A model generated the notes under the pieces. That model did not search any database and was not told where the DNA came from. It was given only the letters and a program-made list of their open reading frames with translations. A program made the position numbers and the translations under genes. 64,000 bases of DNA from an uncultured Desulfobacteraceae bacterium. GTDB lineage: Bacteria > Desulfobacterota > DSM-4660 > Desulfatiglandales > HGW-15. The stretch covers positions 36,809 through 100,808 of the forward strand of contig CAZFMX010000002.1 in assembly GCA_964520425.1 (NCBI GenBank), given 5' to 3'. Positions 20,156 to 30,520 of this stretch are shown piece by piece (the first letter of the stretch is position 1; every line of letters begins with the position of its first letter).

Positions 20156-20618
20156 GAAGTCCCACCAACAGGAGTTAGTGACACCTCCAAATTCTTCGTC
20201 GGGTGAAACCCGCCGAAGCTCATCCACCTTCGCTCCAAAATAAGCTATAGCGCATTACCTGTAACGCATTCATCACCACACGGGAATGTGGGGGGCCTTC
20301 AGCGCAGGCGGGTAACTCTATAGACTCCATTTATCGGGAAAAACTTGATTCTGGAGTAAGAGATAGGAGGGTATTTGATTCACCGGATACTCCCTAGTCG
20401 CTACTGTGGGGTTAGCACATTTCCTTAGGACTACTGGATGTCATATTCAATAACGTATAATAATGATTTTCTCCATTTAGCGTCTACCACACAACTCAAT
20501 TCCCCGAAGGAGGCTTGGTTTGGATTTGATGTTGTAGTCTCCACTTTGTCCAGAGTATAGACTGCCTTAACCAAACCTAATACTAGGTCTCGGAAATAAA
20601 CTCATATTGGAGGACTTC
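20156..20618. other. ~460-bp ORF-free structured intergenic element with imperfect terminal inverted repeats
   Basis: 20156-20176 pairs with 20599-20618 (about 17 of 21 positions), with several internal hairpins such as CTTCGTCGGGT-gaa-ACCCGCCGAAG. Confidence 0.4.
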
Positions 20619-20700
20619 CTTTTATATACATTTTTATAATTACTTTCAATGAGTTATATTCTAAACTCACTTCTAAAGATTTTTTTTACTTATAGACCTA

Positions 20701-20755
20701 AAAAATGAAAAAATGTCATTTTTAGTTGACAAGATGCGTAATGTTAGTTTATGTT
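20701..20755 (+). promoter_or_regulatory. Possible sigma70 promoter with an adjacent palindromic operator, upstream of the chemosensory operon
   Basis: AAAAATGA-N7-TCATTTTT (20701-20723) directly before TTGACA (20726-20731)-18 bp-TATGTT. Confidence 0.45.
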
Positions 20756-20950
20756 AAATATGATGCATTAAGAACTTAATGTTAGAAAAGTCAATCTTTT
20801 CGATTTTATGGGATGAGTCTCTTTTAAATAGACAGCATATGCGGATTTGACTCAAAAATATTGTATAAAATCATAGCAACAGGAGGAATAACTGGCTAAC
20901 AACCTGACTCCTTTTGTCACAGAGACTCCGACAAAGAAAGGATGCAAAAT

Positions 20951-23584
20951 ATGATGAGACTAAAAAACATCAAATTGGGTGTGAAATTTTTGGCCGCATT
21001 TCTGACCGTGGGCATTATTCCGTTAGCGATAATTGGGATTATCTCTTATATAAATGCAAGTAGTGCACTTGAAAAGCAGGCTTTTGCCCAGCTCCAAAGC
21101 CTAAGGGATATAAAAAGGAACCAGATTGAACGGTATTTCCAAACCATCAACGATCAAATACTAACTTTTTCTCAAGATCAGATGATCGTGGATGTCATGA
21201 GAGTATTTGGGGAATATTTCCGGATATTCCGTGATGAAATCCATCTCTCATCAAATGATTTGGAGTCCATAAAACGGGAGCTGTATACCTATTATGCGGG
21301 GGAGTTCAGCACGGAATACAGAGATCAGAACAACGGTCAGTCACCCAATGCAGACCAATATTTCGCCCAACTGGACGATGACTCCATCGCCCTTCAATAT
21401 TATTACATCAGAACCAATACTCACCCCCTCGGCTCCAAGCATCTACTCGACCGGGCGGACGACAATTCTAGATACAGTGAGCTGCATGGCAAGGTCCACC
21501 CTATTATCAGAACCTATCTGGAGAAATTCGGCTATTATGACATCTTCCTGGTGGATCCAGATACAGGCGATATTGTCTATTCGGTTTTTAAGGAACTGGA
21601 CTTCAGTACCTCGTTAATTAACGGACCCTATGCTCAAACCAACTTCGGAGAAGCCTTCCGAAGGGCGAATGCAGAAGCCAACAGGGATGCGGTAGTTCTT
21701 GTGGATTATGCCAACTACACCCCTTCTTATGAGGCCCCGGCCAGTTTTATTGCTTCCCCGATCTTTGACGGAGACAAGAAGATAGGCGTTGCAATGTTCC
21801 AGATGCCTATAGATCGCCTCAACGCCATCATGGGAGAACGCGCCGGACTGGGCGAGACCGGAGAAACTTATCTGGTCGGGCCGGACAAGCTGATGCGCTC
21901 CGACTCCTACCGTGATCCGGAAAATCACAGCGTTATCGCATCATTTAGACACCCTGAAAAAGGTAAGGTCGAAACGAAATCCTCAATAGCAGCCCTTTCC
22001 GGTAAGACCGCTGCCGAGATTGTTGTCAACTATCACGGCAATCCGGTGCTTTCGTCCTATACACCCGTCAAGATCGGGAACCTCATCTGGTCCCTTCTGG
22101 CCGAAATCGATGAGACCGAGGCCTTTATCGCACTCAAACACTTTAAGTGGTTAATGGTCCTTGTGGCGGCGGGTGTGATTCTTGCCATTATTATAGTGGC
22201 CCTGGTGATCACCCGCTCCATTACAAGTCCGATCCACAAAGGAGTTGAATTTGCCAAGGCCATGTCCCAAGGGAACCTAACCCACAAGCTTGACGTTAAT
22301 CAGCATGATGAAATAGGGGACCTGGCCAGGGCCCTGAACCAGATGGGTGCAAATTTGAACCAAATGTTCAAGGATATTTCCCAGAGTGTACAGACTCTCA
22401 CCACTTCATCAACCGAGCTTTTGGGCGTCTCCAAACAAATGTCCTCCGAAGCTGAGCAAATGAGCAGCCTTTCAAGCGAGGTTACCTCTGCATCTGAACA
22501 AACGGCAGCCAATATAAGAAACATGGCAGCTTCTGCTGAGCAAGTCGGTGCCCAAGTAACGTCAGTGGCTTCCTCTTCAGATGAGGTTTCGAGCGGTATG
22601 AATGAAATTGAAACAACGAATGATGAAATTGCTAATAATATGAAGGAAATCGAAACGGCAACAAGCAATGTGTCAAACAACCTAAGCACCGTGGCGGCGG
22701 CTGCAGAGGAAATGTCGAATTCAGTGAACTCTGTAGCCGCCTCAATAGAAGAAATGTACGCCAGCCTGAACGAGGTGGCAAAAAATTCCACCAAAGGGGC
22801 CAATGTAACAGGAGAAGCATCGGAAAAGGCTGAACAGACTTCGACGCTTGTCCATACGCTAGGCGAGGCTGCCAGGGAAATCGGTGATGTTGTAGACCTG
22901 ATTAAAGGCATCGCTTCTCAGACCAATCTCCTGGCGCTTAATGCGGCCATTGAGGCGGCCGGAGCAGGAGAAGCTGGCAAAGGCTTTGCTGTGGTAGCCA
23001 ATGAGGTCAAGGAATTGGCCAGTCAGACAGCTGGTGCCACCGAGGAGATTCGCGGAAAGGTGGAAAGCATGCAGACCAATACAAATGCAGCGGTGAATGC
23101 CATAGAAACCATCGTGAGCGTCATCACCGAGACGAACACGATCATGGGCACTATTGCTTCAGCCGTGGAAGAGCAAACGGCAACGACAAACGAAATATCA
23201 AAAAGTATTAACGAAACCGCATCGACTGCCAGCTCTGTCTCGAAAAACGTCCAAGAGGCGGCCCAGAGCGCCATGGAAACCACAAAGAACGTTCAAGAGG
23301 CGACACAAAGGACTATGGGAGCAACAAAGAAAGTTCGGAAAGCAGTCCAATTAGGACTGAATATGTCTAAGAACCTGGTCGACGTGGCACAAGCTGCCGT
23401 GGGCATTGCAAAAGACGCTGCTGATGCATCAAAAGGGACCGATAAGGTTAAGGAAAGTATCGTAGTAGTAAACGAGTCGGTCATGGCAACATCTAAGGGT
23501 GCAGTTCAAGTTAAAACACAAGCGGGAGATCTCGCCAAGCTGGCAACTCAACTTCAAACAACCATCAGTCAGTTCAAGGCATAG
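20951..23584 (+). CDS. Methyl-accepting chemotaxis protein (TM-periplasmic Cache-like-TM-HAMP-MA)
   Basis: Two TM segments, HAMP ([13 protein letters not shown]), signalling hairpin [34 protein letters not shown]. Start placed at ATG 20951 for SD spacing (ORF opens at 20942). Confidence 0.95.
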   Translation: MMRLKNIKLGVKFLAAFLTVGIIPLAIIGIISYINASSALEKQAFAQLQSLRDIKRNQIERYFQTINDQILTFSQDQMIVDVMRVFGEYFRIFRDEIHLSSNDLESIKRELYTYYAGEFSTEYRDQNNGQSPNADQYFAQLDDDSIALQYYYIRTNTHPLGSKHLLDRADDNSRYSELHGKVHPIIRTYLEKFGYYDIFLVDPDTGDIVYSVFKELDFSTSLINGPYAQTNFGEAFRRANAEANRDAVVLVDYANYTPSYEAPASFIASPIFDGDKKIGVAMFQMPIDRLNAIMGERAGLGETGETYLVGPDKLMRSDSYRDPENHSVIASFRHPEKGKVETKSSIAALSGKTAAEIVVNYHGNPVLSSYTPVKIGNLIWSLLAEIDETEAFIALKHFKWLMVLVAAGVILAIIIVALVITRSITSPIHKGVEFAKAMSQGNLTHKLDVNQHDEIGDLARALNQMGANLNQMFKDISQSVQTLTTSSTELLGVSKQMSSEAEQMSSLSSEVTSASEQTAANIRNMAASAEQVGAQVTSVASSSDEVSSGMNEIETTNDEIANNMKEIETATSNVSNNLSTVAAAAEEMSNSVNSVAASIEEMYASLNEVAKNSTKGANVTGEASEKAEQTSTLVHTLGEAAREIGDVVDLIKGIASQTNLLALNAAIEAAGAGEAGKGFAVVANEVKELASQTAGATEEIRGKVESMQTNTNAAVNAIETIVSVITETNTIMGTIASAVEEQTATTNEISKSINETASTASSVSKNVQEAAQSAMETTKNVQEATQRTMGATKKVRKAVQLGLNMSKNLVDVAQAAVGIAKDAADASKGTDKVKESIVVVNESVMATSKGAVQVKTQAGDLAKLATQLQTTISQFKA

Positions 23585-23691
23585 ATCTTGATTTTGCTAC
23601 ACCTGTAATGTAGGGAACTCGTCTGCCGCTAACAGAAAGTGCGGAATCAACCCGAAGAAACAGGTCTGAAAACTTAGCAAGAGGAGAGCAA

Positions 23692-24264
23692 ATGGGTATT
23701 TTTGATGAAAGTTATTCATCTGTGGAATTGTCTAGGATTCTAGGTATCCACCGTGTAACGGTCACCACCTGGATAAAGGCTGGCGCCCTTAAGGCCATTC
23801 AGACACCGGGCGGAAGATACAAGGTTACCAAGGAAAGCCTGAAGGAGTTTTTGGTTGAGCGTGGTATGCCGATTCCCCCTGCTCTCAAGCTTGAAGACAA
23901 AAAGCTGGTAGTGGCTGTGGACGATGAGAAGTCTGTCTTGAAGGTGCTGAAAAAGATGTTTGGGAAGGGGGAGATGCCCTTTCTCTATGACCTTAAGGTC
24001 TTTGAGAATCCTTTGGAGGCGGCCCTTTTCATAGGCGATGAAAAACCGGAAATTGTCCTTTTGGATCTCCTTATGCCCCAGCTCAGCGGCTTCAATCTGG
24101 CCGAGAAGATCAAAGAGACCTGTCCCAACACCCGCATCGTTGTCATTACTGGACACCTCACAGAAGAAAACCAGGCAAAATTGAAAGAGTCCGGCATCAA
24201 GTCTATTGTGACCAAGCCTTTTACCTCTGATATCCTGCGACAAGCCATAGAGGATGGGGGCTAA
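23692..24264 (+). CDS. Response regulator with N-terminal excisionase-like HTH (HTH_17-REC)
   Basis: YSSVELSRILGIHRVTVTTWIKAG..TPGGRYKV, followed by REC (VDDE, LLDLLMP, VTKPF). Confidence 0.88.
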   Translation: MGIFDESYSSVELSRILGIHRVTVTTWIKAGALKAIQTPGGRYKVTKESLKEFLVERGMPIPPALKLEDKKLVVAVDDEKSVLKVLKKMFGKGEMPFLYDLKVFENPLEAALFIGDEKPEIVLLDLLMPQLSGFNLAEKIKETCPNTRIVVITGHLTEENQAKLKESGIKSIVTKPFTSDILRQAIEDGG

Positions 24265-24378
24265 GGTAAAGAATGAATAGCACGGTTTTGACTTCACAGG
24301 GGAATGGCAGGCGGGCTTGTTGGAGGGCCATCCAATAGGCAGAAGTAAATCGCAAAACGCTTATGAGGAGGTAATATT

Positions 24379-24753
24379 ATGCCTTCAGCCAATGTAACTG
24401 TGTCAGGGGAGCAGGCCTTCAATCTATCAAAAGCATTGGAGATCGTCGCTGGAGATATGGAGCTTCTAAAGGAGATCGCGAGCCTTTTTATCGATGACTA
24501 TTCTGCTCAATTAGAGGAAATAAGTGAAGGAATCGCCCAAGGGAATTCCGAGGCTATAAATCGTGCAGCCCACAGTCTTAAAGGCTCTGTGGCCAACTTT
24601 GCAGCCAAAGAGGTATACGAGGCGGCTAATCGCCTGGAAGTCTTAGGCAAAGATGAAAAATTAGCCGAGGCACCTGAGGCCTTTTCCGAATTGAAAACTC
24701 GACTCGAGGAGTTAGTGACTGCATTGAATGGGCTCCGAGGGAATGAGGTCTGA
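24379..24753 (+). CDS. Stand-alone Hpt phosphotransfer protein
   Basis: RAAHSLKGSVANF Hpt motif, 124 aa; GAGGAGG SD. Confidence 0.9.
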   Translation: MPSANVTVSGEQAFNLSKALEIVAGDMELLKEIASLFIDDYSAQLEEISEGIAQGNSEAINRAAHSLKGSVANFAAKEVYEAANRLEVLGKDEKLAEAPEAFSELKTRLEELVTALNGLRGNEV

Positions 24754-24797
24754 TTTCAGTTCTTCTCCGTATCCATGATGAGGAATCAGCACAGGTT

Positions 24798-27536
24798 ATG
24801 CGCGAATCAGAAAATGAAAAACTAGTGAATGAATTTGTGGCTGAGAGTTTCGATCACCTGGATGCCATAGAACCAGACCTGCTTGTCATGGAAAAAGAGG
24901 ATGGCCTGATTTCACCTGAGATTATTAATCGCATTTTTCGAGCCGTCCACACTATTAAAGGATCATCGGGTTTCTTTGGCTTCAACGCGATGATGGAATT
25001 GAGCCACGCAATGGAAAGCCTTCTCATGAAATTCCGGGATGGAGAGATACTCCCTGATGCTCACAAAATTGATGCCTTACTTATGGGCGTTGACAAGCTG
25101 CGGGCCATGCTCAATGCCCCCTTAGAAAGTGAAGACTTGGGTATCGGGGATGAACTTGATCGCCTAAAAGCCTTTTCAGAAGCCGGGGCTCCACCATCCG
25201 GAGAAAAATCGAATAACGGAACAGAGGCGCCATCCAAGGGCATCAATTGTTCAAGTGGCCAAGGTAATGGCAAGATCAAAGTTAGAGTAGAGGGCACCCT
25301 GGGTAACGCTGAGTTTGAAGTGGAAAAAAGATCGATTCCTTCACTTAGCGGGAAGTATCTATACGCCCTTTGGATCCATTCAGATCAAGACCTCAAGGTG
25401 AAAGGATGCCCTCCGGAAGAATTCTTCGCACATATGAAATCTCTCGGCCTCTGTATCGCTTCCGATCTTGAGGATATCCCTGTTTCGGATCTTGAAAAAG
25501 AACAGGAACAAGGGAGGATGATCCATGTGCTTTTTGTAACAATCTTGGAACCTGAGTTGATGGTTGAGGCTCTAGGGCTCCCTGAGGAGCAAATTCTAGC
25601 TCTCGAAAAGGGATGTCTTAATGCCGCTATGTCAGAAGAAGACCAAGCCTCCCAAGATGATAAATCACCCACTACGCAGAGCGAACCTGCCTCGGAACAG
25701 AAAAGCCCAAAGACTGACAGGAGTGCACCAAAAGAGACGATTCGGGTAAACGTAGAGCATCTAGACACGCTCATGAATCTGGCAGGTGAATTGGTGCTCA
25801 GCCGGAACCAACTCCGACAAATGGTTGCAGACGCTGTGCATCAAAACCCAAAGCTTAGCACAGTTACACAAAACCTCGATTTGGTTACAAGCGAAATTCA
25901 GGAAAAGATCTTACAGGTTCGCATGCAGCCCATAGGGAATCTACTAACTAAGTTTCAACGGGTAGTCCGGGACCTGTCCCGCCATCTCTCAAAGGAGGTC
26001 GAGATTGTCATAGAGGGCAAAGAAGTTGAACTCGATAAGTCGATCCTTGAGGGTCTTTCCGATCCCCTTACTCACTTGATACGCAATTGTGTGGATCATG
26101 GAATTGAACCGCCGGAGGAGCGGGTCAAACTCGGTAAGCCACGAGAGGGAAAAATTCATTTGAAGGCATTTCATGAAGCAGGTCAGGTCAATATCACCAT
26201 TACGGACGACGGCCGAGGAATAGACGCTGATAAAGTTGCTGAGAAGGCCGTAACGTGTGGATTTCTGGAAGGAGATAAGGCCAAGAAAATGAGTAACGGG
26301 GAGAAGCTCAATTTAGTTCTCTTGCCGGGATTTTCCACAGCAGAAGCAGTTACTGGAATTTCGGGTCGAGGTGTGGGAATGGACGTGGTGAAAACTAACA
26401 TAGAGAATCTCGCTGGTCATTTTGATATTGAAAGTGTCTTAGGCAAAGGCACTAATGTACACATTAGGCTTCCTCTTACTCTAGCTATTATCCCCTCTCT
26501 AATTGTAGGTGCAGCGAAATGCCGTTTTGCCATTCCCCAGATCAATGTTGCTAAACTTGTTTGCATCAAAGCCTGTGATGTCTCCCGCATGATTGAGAAG
26601 GTTGTGAGTGCAGATGTGCTGCGTTTTCGAGAAAGGCTCCTTCCTCTCGTTCGCCTGGCTGACATATTGGGATTGGAACGTACATTAATCCATCCCAAGA
26701 CGAAAGAGGTTATGACTGATCGGCGAATAAAGATTGCAGACCGTAGTAAGGAAAGAAAAGCCTCTGAGAAAAGGGGGCAGACTACGAAAAAACGCCGGGA
26801 ACGGCGAAAAGCCGCCACCGACCGTCGTCAAAGAAGACAGGGAGATATCTATGTAGTAGTTTTGCGTTCAGGTCCGAATAGCTTTGGGTTAATCGTTGAT
26901 GAGCTTTTTGATATTGAAGAGATTGTTGTGAAGCCGTTACTGGGACATATCAAAAATTGCGAATGTTTTTCAGGCGCTACGATTATGGGCGATGGCAGCA
27001 CAGCCATGATCCTTGACGCCCCTGGTATCGCGAATTTCGCCCGCATTCGCTTTGCTGAAATAACTTCAGAACAACGCCGCAGGGAGGAAGAGAAAGCGCG
27101 CAAGCAGAAAGTACTTTCAGGTGATCGGCGATCGATTATTGTTTTCAGTAATGCGCCTAAGGAGTATTTCGCCCTTCCACTCTCTGAAGTATCAAGGTTA
27201 GAGATGATCGATTCTACGATGATCGAGCAAATAGGAAAACAGGAGTTCATCACCTATATGGACGAGGCGTTGCCTTTGATTCGCCTAGAGAGGTTTTTAC
27301 CTGTCAGCTCCATTTATCAAAACGCGAAGGAGCTATTTATTATTGTTCCAAAGACAGGAGAATCCAGAGTCGGGATCATAGCTTCCAGGGTATTGGATAT
27401 CTTTGAGAGCGATGTGTCTATCAAAAAGGATGAATGTGAGTCTCGGGGTCTGTTAGGAGCTGCCGTAGTAGATGGGCGACTAACACTGTTTTTAAACATG
27501 AAAGAAATTTTGGCGTTATTTACCAATGGGGCTTGA
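24798..27536 (+). CDS. cheA: Chemotaxis histidine kinase CheA with two CheW-like domains
   Basis: P1 FRAVHTIKG, dimerisation LDTLMNLAGELV, HLIRNCVDHG, DDGRG, GRGVGMDVV, and two C-terminal CheW-like domains. Confidence 0.96.
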   Translation: MRESENEKLVNEFVAESFDHLDAIEPDLLVMEKEDGLISPEIINRIFRAVHTIKGSSGFFGFNAMMELSHAMESLLMKFRDGEILPDAHKIDALLMGVDKLRAMLNAPLESEDLGIGDELDRLKAFSEAGAPPSGEKSNNGTEAPSKGINCSSGQGNGKIKVRVEGTLGNAEFEVEKRSIPSLSGKYLYALWIHSDQDLKVKGCPPEEFFAHMKSLGLCIASDLEDIPVSDLEKEQEQGRMIHVLFVTILEPELMVEALGLPEEQILALEKGCLNAAMSEEDQASQDDKSPTTQSEPASEQKSPKTDRSAPKETIRVNVEHLDTLMNLAGELVLSRNQLRQMVADAVHQNPKLSTVTQNLDLVTSEIQEKILQVRMQPIGNLLTKFQRVVRDLSRHLSKEVEIVIEGKEVELDKSILEGLSDPLTHLIRNCVDHGIEPPEERVKLGKPREGKIHLKAFHEAGQVNITITDDGRGIDADKVAEKAVTCGFLEGDKAKKMSNGEKLNLVLLPGFSTAEAVTGISGRGVGMDVVKTNIENLAGHFDIESVLGKGTNVHIRLPLTLAIIPSLIVGAAKCRFAIPQINVAKLVCIKACDVSRMIEKVVSADVLRFRERLLPLVRLADILGLERTLIHPKTKEVMTDRRIKIADRSKERKASEKRGQTTKKRRERRKAATDRRQRRQGDIYVVVLRSGPNSFGLIVDELFDIEEIVVKPLLGHIKNCECFSGATIMGDGSTAMILDAPGIANFARIRFAEITSEQRRREEEKARKQKVLSGDRRSIIVFSNAPKEYFALPLSEVSRLEMIDSTMIEQIGKQEFITYMDEALPLIRLERFLPVSSIYQNAKELFIIVPKTGESRVGIIASRVLDIFESDVSIKKDECESRGLLGAAVVDGRLTLFLNMKEILALFTNGA

Positions 27537-27569
27537 GTCCAGTGGTACTATTTTGATCGCTTGAGGCAT

Positions 27570-28010
27570 ATGGGAACTAAACTGTTCGTCAGCTTCCGGA
27601 TCGACGATCATCTGGTTGGCATAGATGTAATGATGATCCAAGAAATCAATCGGGTCCTGGGTATCACACCCGTTCCTCATGCCCCGGAATATGTCCTCGG
27701 TCTCGTAAATCTGCGGGGAAAGATCCTCACCATTTTCGACCTCGGCCTTCGCTTAGGCCTTGAACCCAGAATTATGACCGAAAAAAGCCATAATGTTATA
27801 TTCAAAAATGATCTTGTTGGTCTCCTAGTGGATGACATAGGAGATGTGGTGAAGGTTGAAGAGAATATGATTGATCCCGTTCCTCCCAACGTGGATCGCA
27901 TCGAAAGCAAGTTTATCGATGGAGTGGCGAAGCTACAGGACGAACTGCTTCTCATTCTATCAACTGAAAAGCTCTTGGAATATCAGTCAGACCAAAAAAG
28001 AACTATATAA
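27570..28010 (+). CDS. cheW: Chemotaxis coupling protein CheW
   Basis: IQEINR..ITPVPHAPEYVLGLVNLRGKILTIFDL; likely ATG at 27570. Confidence 0.95.
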   Translation: MGTKLFVSFRIDDHLVGIDVMMIQEINRVLGITPVPHAPEYVLGLVNLRGKILTIFDLGLRLGLEPRIMTEKSHNVIFKNDLVGLLVDDIGDVVKVEENMIDPVPPNVDRIESKFIDGVAKLQDELLLILSTEKLLEYQSDQKRTI

Positions 28011-28019
28011 CAAGGTAAA

Positions 28020-29192
28020 ATGAAAACCGAAAAACTCAGAGTAATGATTGTGGATGCGAGTATCGACTCTGGTCGCCTTATCTCCACCGCCATAGCCGAA
28101 ATACAGGATGTTGAAGTGAATTCCACTGTTACGAGCGGAGCTGTCGCCGTTGCTAAACTCAAGCGAAAGCCGGTAGATGTGATTCTTTTCGATATAGAGA
28201 GAACTGATACAGACGCTCTGGAGACGCTTCGGGAGATCCGGGAATGCTTCCCGAGTGTAGGAGTCGTGATCGTAAGCAACGTTAGTGACTCTGTTGCCGA
28301 CAAAACGATCCAAGCGCTTGAAATGGGAGCGCTCGACTTTGTAGCCAAACCGGGAAACGACAAGAACAGCATACGTGCTTTTTGCAGGCAGCTTATGGTG
28401 CTAACGGGCATGTTTCGCAGTCGGATGAATCTCCAGCGGGAAAGGCTTGCCAGAATACAAAGAGCACCGGTAATATCCCTGCCTAACAAACGTACTGAAA
28501 TGAAACAAACGGTGTCCAGAGAAGAGGCTTCTGTTGTTCACCAGCCTTTCAGATTCGAGCGTAAACCCGATCCACGCCCCTCCGAGATTGATGTGGTAGT
28601 CTTTGGCGTCTCCACCGGCGGCCCCAATGCACTTATTGAAGTTATTCCCGGACTCCCGCATGATCTGGGTGTACCGGTGTTCCTCGTCCAGCATATGCCG
28701 GTGCTTTTTACCGCCTCCTTAGCTGTCAGTCTTAATAAAATATCGTGTCTCAGAGTTACGGAGTCCACGGACGGTCAAGAGGTCTTGCCGAATACCGTAT
28801 ACATTGCGCCAGGCGGGAAGCACATGGTGGTCCGTCGAAAGAACGACAGTCTAGGAACTCATTTAAGAGAATACATTGAACTGAACCTTGACGCCCCGGA
28901 AAACAGTTGCCGCCCTTCGGTGGATGTGCTGCTTCGTTCAGTAGCAGAAGTATATGATGGGAAGGCTCTGGTTGTCATAATGACAGGCATGGGAAATGAC
29001 GGCTTGCAGGGAGTGAAGGTCGTGAAACGCAAGGGCGGATATTGCCTGTCGCAGACCAATGAGACCTGCGTAGTCTACGGAATGCCGAAAGCTGTGGACG
29101 AAGCTGGCCTTTCCGATGAAATGGTACCTTTAGACCGAATCGCGGACCGTGTGGTCTCCTTGGTACGTAGAAGAGGAGACAGGAGCATATGA
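28020..29192 (+). CDS. cheB: Chemotaxis methylesterase CheB (REC-methylesterase)
   Basis: GVSTGGP, VQHMP, IAPGGKHM, RPSVDVL, MTGMGNDG. Confidence 0.95.
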   Translation: MKTEKLRVMIVDASIDSGRLISTAIAEIQDVEVNSTVTSGAVAVAKLKRKPVDVILFDIERTDTDALETLREIRECFPSVGVVIVSNVSDSVADKTIQALEMGALDFVAKPGNDKNSIRAFCRQLMVLTGMFRSRMNLQRERLARIQRAPVISLPNKRTEMKQTVSREEASVVHQPFRFERKPDPRPSEIDVVVFGVSTGGPNALIEVIPGLPHDLGVPVFLVQHMPVLFTASLAVSLNKISCLRVTESTDGQEVLPNTVYIAPGGKHMVVRRKNDSLGTHLREYIELNLDAPENSCRPSVDVLLRSVAEVYDGKALVVIMTGMGNDGLQGVKVVKRKGGYCLSQTNETCVVYGMPKAVDEAGLSDEMVPLDRIADRVVSLVRRRGDRSI

Positions 29193-30070
29193 CACTGCGA
29201 CTCACTGAAAATGAGTTTAAGCTGCTTCGTGATTTCATCGAAGATCAGTACGGTATTATGTTAGGGGACAATAAGGCATATCTCATTGAGAATCGTTTGT
29301 CCGACCTTGCAGAAAAATGCGGGTGTTTGACCTTTGGCGAGTTCTATCTCAAGGTCAAAAATTCATCGGAGCGGTATAAACTCCGAACATCATTAGCAGA
29401 CGCCATTACCACAAGCGAGACCTCCTGGTTCCGCGATCAGCCCCAGTTCCGAATTTTACAGGACCGTGTCTTCACGGAATTTCGTCATGAGATAAAGGAG
29501 GGAAGGCGTCAAGGAATAGACATCTGGTCTGCTGCCTGTTCTACGGGAGAGGAGCCCTATTCCATTGCTTTTTCAGCCCTCGATTTCTATCGGGCCACAG
29601 GCGGCGAGGGAGTTTGCCGCGAACAAGTAAAAATCCTGGCTACTGACATTTCCAGCACTTGTCTTCCCAAGGCCATCAAGGGGGAGTACGACAATGCCTC
29701 TATCGACCGCGGCCTGCCGAAGGAATATCTGGATCGCTATTTCCAAAAAATGTCCAGCTCTTGGATTGTTAAAGAGGAAGTGAGAAAAATGATTTCCTTC
29801 AAGCAATTCAATCTGCGAGATCCCTTAATGGGATTCGGCCCTTTTGACATCATCTTCTTGCGTAATGTCGCCATCTACTTTTCCGACCAATTCAAAAAAA
29901 CGCTTTTTAACCGAATCACCCGCCTTCTCTCTCCAGGCGGATATCTCTTTCTGGGGACAGGTGAAGTCATAAGCAGCTATAGCACCGCCTTCGATATACT
30001 TAACGAAAAAGGCGCCATCTTCTACATCCTAAAACATAATATGAGTATTGACCGAATATTATCGAATTGA
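29189..30070 (+). CDS. cheR: Chemotaxis methyltransferase CheR
   Basis: TTSETSWFRD, WSAACSTGEEPYS, ATDIS, DIIFLRNV; ATGA overlap with cheB. Confidence 0.96.
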   Translation: MTLRLTENEFKLLRDFIEDQYGIMLGDNKAYLIENRLSDLAEKCGCLTFGEFYLKVKNSSERYKLRTSLADAITTSETSWFRDQPQFRILQDRVFTEFRHEIKEGRRQGIDIWSAACSTGEEPYSIAFSALDFYRATGGEGVCREQVKILATDISSTCLPKAIKGEYDNASIDRGLPKEYLDRYFQKMSSSWIVKEEVRKMISFKQFNLRDPLMGFGPFDIIFLRNVAIYFSDQFKKTLFNRITRLLSPGGYLFLGTGEVISSYSTAFDILNEKGAIFYILKHNMSIDRILSN

Positions 30071-30106
30071 ATATTCCAAAACCTATAGAAGAAAGGTAAT
30101 GATAAA

Positions 30107-30520
30107 ATGGAAGAGAACGAAAAAAAGAGGCAAGATACATTGAACGATCAGGATGTCCCTTATAGGGTATTGGTCGTAGATGATTCTGCTATTATCAGAA
30201 AGATCATCAGGAAAATATTGACTTCCCAACAGTATGAGATCTGCGGAGAAGCAGAAGATGGAGATCAGGTGCTGGATTTATACAAGGAGCTGCAACCTGA
30301 TGTGGTTACGCTGGACATCAACATGATCAAGGTTGATGGTATTGCGGCGCTAAAGCGCATTCTTGATTATGACAGCAATGCGCGTGTGGTGATGTTGACG
30401 GCCGCTGAGGATAAAAAGGCTATTATCGAAGCCGTTTCTTTAGGTGCGAAGGGCTATATAGTGAAACCGCCCTCTCCTGATAAAGTGCTGGAAAAGATCA
30501 AGAACGCCCTTCAAGGCTGA
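30107..30520 (+). CDS. cheY: CheY-like single-domain response regulator
   Basis: VVDDS, VTLDINM, MLTA, YIVKP; last gene of the che operon. Confidence 0.85.
   Translation: MEENEKKRQDTLNDQDVPYRVLVVDDSAIIRKIIRKILTSQQYEICGEAEDGDQVLDLYKELQPDVVTLDINMIKVDGIAALKRILDYDSNARVVMLTAAEDKKAIIEAVSLGAKGYIVKPPSPDKVLEKIKNALQG

Noticed and set aside
20156-20618. RNase P RNA, group I intron or tmRNA identity for the structured element
   Set aside because: Only isolated look-alike words. The RNase P 3' ACAGAAnnCGGCTTA is missing, the P7-like GAGACTAC already pairs locally and J8/7 does not fit, and there are no tRNA-like tmRNA ends.
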